The notes under the pieces: generated by a model | The model's input: only the letters and a program-made list of their open reading frames with translations | Told to the model about the DNA's origin: nothing | Databases searched by the model: none | Assembly: GCA_030770535.1 (NCBI GenBank) | Contig: JASVEC010000011.1 | Location: forward strand, 558,001-622,000 | Direction of reading: 5' to 3' | Length of the DNA: 64,000 bases | From: Batkoa obscura | Lineage: Eukaryota | Made by a program: the position numbers and the translations under genes | Shown here: in pieces, positions 61,197-64,000 of the stretch | How the letters are laid out: every line of letters starts with the position of its first letter | Numbering within the stretch: the stretch's first letter is position 1

Positions 61197-63377
61197 TTAA
61201 TGCAAAGTTGGCATATTTACGGTAGCTCTGGTAGAGGTAGCATCTTCTTCACGCCATAAAGAAGTTATAGTTTTAAGTTGGGTATAAAATTGGACACCAG
61301 AACGACCGTAAAAGTTGATATCTCCACGAATAGAGTCTCTAGATCCAGTGAAAGCGAACATTGGAAGTGGGACAGGCTAAATAAGATGTATTAAATAAAT
61401 ATGATAAATAAGTTAAAAGTTATATTACAATTGGAACATTAACACCCTATAAAAAAATAAAAGTTAGTATTCATTTTACAAACTAGATGATTGAATAAAA
61501 ACTTACAACTTGACCGATATCAATTTCTTTACAGAATTTCTTGGAAACGGAGCCTGAAGTGGTAAAGATAGCAGTACCATTACCATAACGATTAGCGTTG
61601 ACGACACTGATAGCATCATCTAAAGTATCGACATCGAGACATACTAATACCGGAGCAAAGATTTCTTCTTGATAACATTTCATGTGTGGTTTAACATTAG
61701 TGATAATGGTGGGGCCTAAAAAGTTTCCCTTTTCATAACCAGCAACCTAAAATTGTTAAGTAAATTAAACTAAATAAGAATATAGCCTTGTTACAGTTGG
61801 GTTACGACCATCGAGGATGACGTTGGCACCTTCATCAATAGCTGATTGAATAAGATCATGAGCACGTTTAAGGGCCTGTTGATAAATTAGTTATTATCAT
61901 CACAAACTAAACCATCAATAATAATTACATCTTTAGAGATCATTGGGCCAATATCAGTATTGGCTTGGAAACCTTCATTAACACTTAATTTTTGAGCACG
62001 CTCAACAAGTTCAGGCAACCTAAAAAGAAAAATCAAAAAGATATCACTCATTTTACCAAAAATAGTTACCATTGTTTAGATTCACCAACGAAGACAGCAG
62101 TTGAAAGAGCCATACATCTTTGGCCAGCAGCACCGAAAGCAGCGCCAGTTAAAGCATTAAGAGTATGATTTTTATTAGCATCTGGCATAATTACACCATG
62201 ATTTTTAGCACCTAAATTAGCCTAAATAATAATAAATGTGAACCAAACTTAGCTATCTATTATCTTACTTGAACTCTCTTTCCGTTTTTACTACCACGCT
62301 CATGAATGTATTTTCCAGCATGGTCGGAACCAACGAAGGAGATAGCTTTGATACTTGGTTCATCACAAATAAAGTTAACAGTATCTACTGAACCATGTAC
62401 AACATTTAATACACCTTTAGGGATACCAGCTTGCTCAGCTAATTCAGCTAAGATCATCATTGCTCCTGGATCTTTTTCAGATGGTTTAATGATAATAGTA
62501 TTACCGGTGGCAATAGCTACTGGGAACATCTGTTGAAGTTTATAATTATTATTTTATTCCTGAGTTTAATTATATTAATTACCCATAATGGAATCATAGC
62601 TGGAAAATTGAATGGACAGATACCACCAACAACACCTAACGGTTCACGTACGGTGTAGGTATCCATATCTTTAGCTACTTCAGTAATTTGTCCCAAAGTG
62701 TATTCTGGTAGTCCACACATCGATTCAACGACCTCTAAATAAATAAATTTAGATAATTTTTTTATTAATAGTAAATAACTAAGCCTACGTAATCCACGTA
62801 ATACATCACCTTTAGCATCTGGGAAAGTTTTTCCTTGTTCAGTAACAATGGAAGTAGCAATACGATCCTATTTAACTATATTAGTAAAAAGCAATAAATT
62901 TCCAATATAATACTACCATATTGTTGCGAATAAGAGCTTGTAAGTCTAACATTTTACGTTGGCGAGATAAGACAGAGGTATTTCTCCAAGTTTTAAAAGC
63001 TTCTTTAGCAGTTGAAGCGGCATAAGCTAACTCTTCTGGAGTAGATTCTGGAACTAAAGTTAAAAGTTCTTGGGTGGCCTAAGTAAATAAGAAGTAAATA
63101 AAATAAGCGTAATATAATTAATGTCGATAATCTTACTGGATTACGAAGTTCAATCCATTTTTTAGTTTTGGATTCAACAAACTCGCCATTGATATAATTT
63201 TTAGTTACATATTTTGGTTGTTCATGATTTAAGGCGCTAACAGTGAAGTTACGTACTTTGAAAGATAACGTTTTCTTTGAGGAAAGTCTAAAAATTGTAT
63301 AAACATCCTTTCTTTATCTATAAGCATACAATGAATTACTGTGCTAACTTAAAACCTTTTAATGTATTAACGAGCAT
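61197..63377 (-). CDS. Methylmalonate-semialdehyde dehydrogenase (ALDH6 family), multi-exon
   Basis: [72 protein letters not shown]-terminal VNMPTLH*. Confidence 0.96.
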
Positions 63378-64000
63378 CTTAAAAAATTACTTTTGTTATG
63401 TAACTCGAAATTTCGAAATTTATACTATCTTTTTAGCCACCTCGGTATAGCCAATCACCATCGACTATGATTCTCACCTTTCGTCAAGTAAGCTTTTAGA
63501 TATTATTCTTATCCCTTTTGTCGAGATTACTAAATTTGCTACTCAACTTACTTTTAATTTTAGTCTTTATCAGCTGATTCGGTGGAAGATTAAAGCTATG
63601 AAAAGGTAGCCAATAAATGGGTAAATAATATTTAAAACTTGACCTATCACTAGGTTTAGTTTGCTAAAAAAATACAACGTTTATTCATTGTCTATTGATA
63701 TTTATTAGGGTTCGTGTATGTTTAGGCGGTTTTCAACTAAAGAATTGAATAAAAACTTATTTGGTTTCTAATATATCTATTTTAAAGTATTTAAAAAAGG
63801 GCTAACAGCTGACCTGTTGTAATAAACAATCTTCCCGATTTTAAAGATAAACCATATTAAATATTTTCCATAAAGTTTGTTTTCCAAAATGATCCCTGAC
63901 CACTTTTCAATAATTATATCAAAGAGTTACTAGTTACGAATGTAGATTTCTGAATAAATGCTTTATCGCTGTACAGCTTTTAGCTAAAAACCTTTTGATT

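Noticed and set aside
1..64000. CRISPR arrays, rRNA genes or prokaryotic operons
   Set aside because: No repeat-spacer arrays or rRNA-like sequence seen; genes are spliced and eukaryotic.

Overview
AT-rich eukaryotic DNA with many short GT-AG introns, most consistent with an early-diverging fungus (inference from gene content; I cannot fix the species). Housekeeping genes: EAF6, a PPR protein, a TPX2-like protein, the PP2A B56 subunit, an MFS transporter, an AlkB-type dioxygenase, an ABCB transporter, a Rho2-like GTPase, CDS1, a pepsin-like protease and methylmalonate-semialdehyde dehydrogenase, plus tRNA-Ile(AAT) and tRNA-Glu(CTC). Accessory DNA: (i) a decayed virus/plasmid-type Prim-Pol + SF3 (D5-like) primase-helicase with a convergent unknown pseudogene at about 28.6-32.5 kb; (ii) an intact Ty3/Gypsy element (51734-59286) with apparently identical LTRs, a -1 frameshift signal and a degenerate dUTPase-like domain between protease and RT; (iii) an inverted, diverged solo LTR; (iv) three copies of a ~100-bp MITE; (v) two pseudogenes of a PD-(D/E)xK nuclease-like family; (vi) paralogous pairs of secreted DOMON proteins, secreted DNRLRE/CBM96-like proteins and small membrane proteins. 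One coiled-coil gene may be a fungal ICE1-like protein. Spliced gene models were read by hand and family calls rest on recalled motifs, not on searches.
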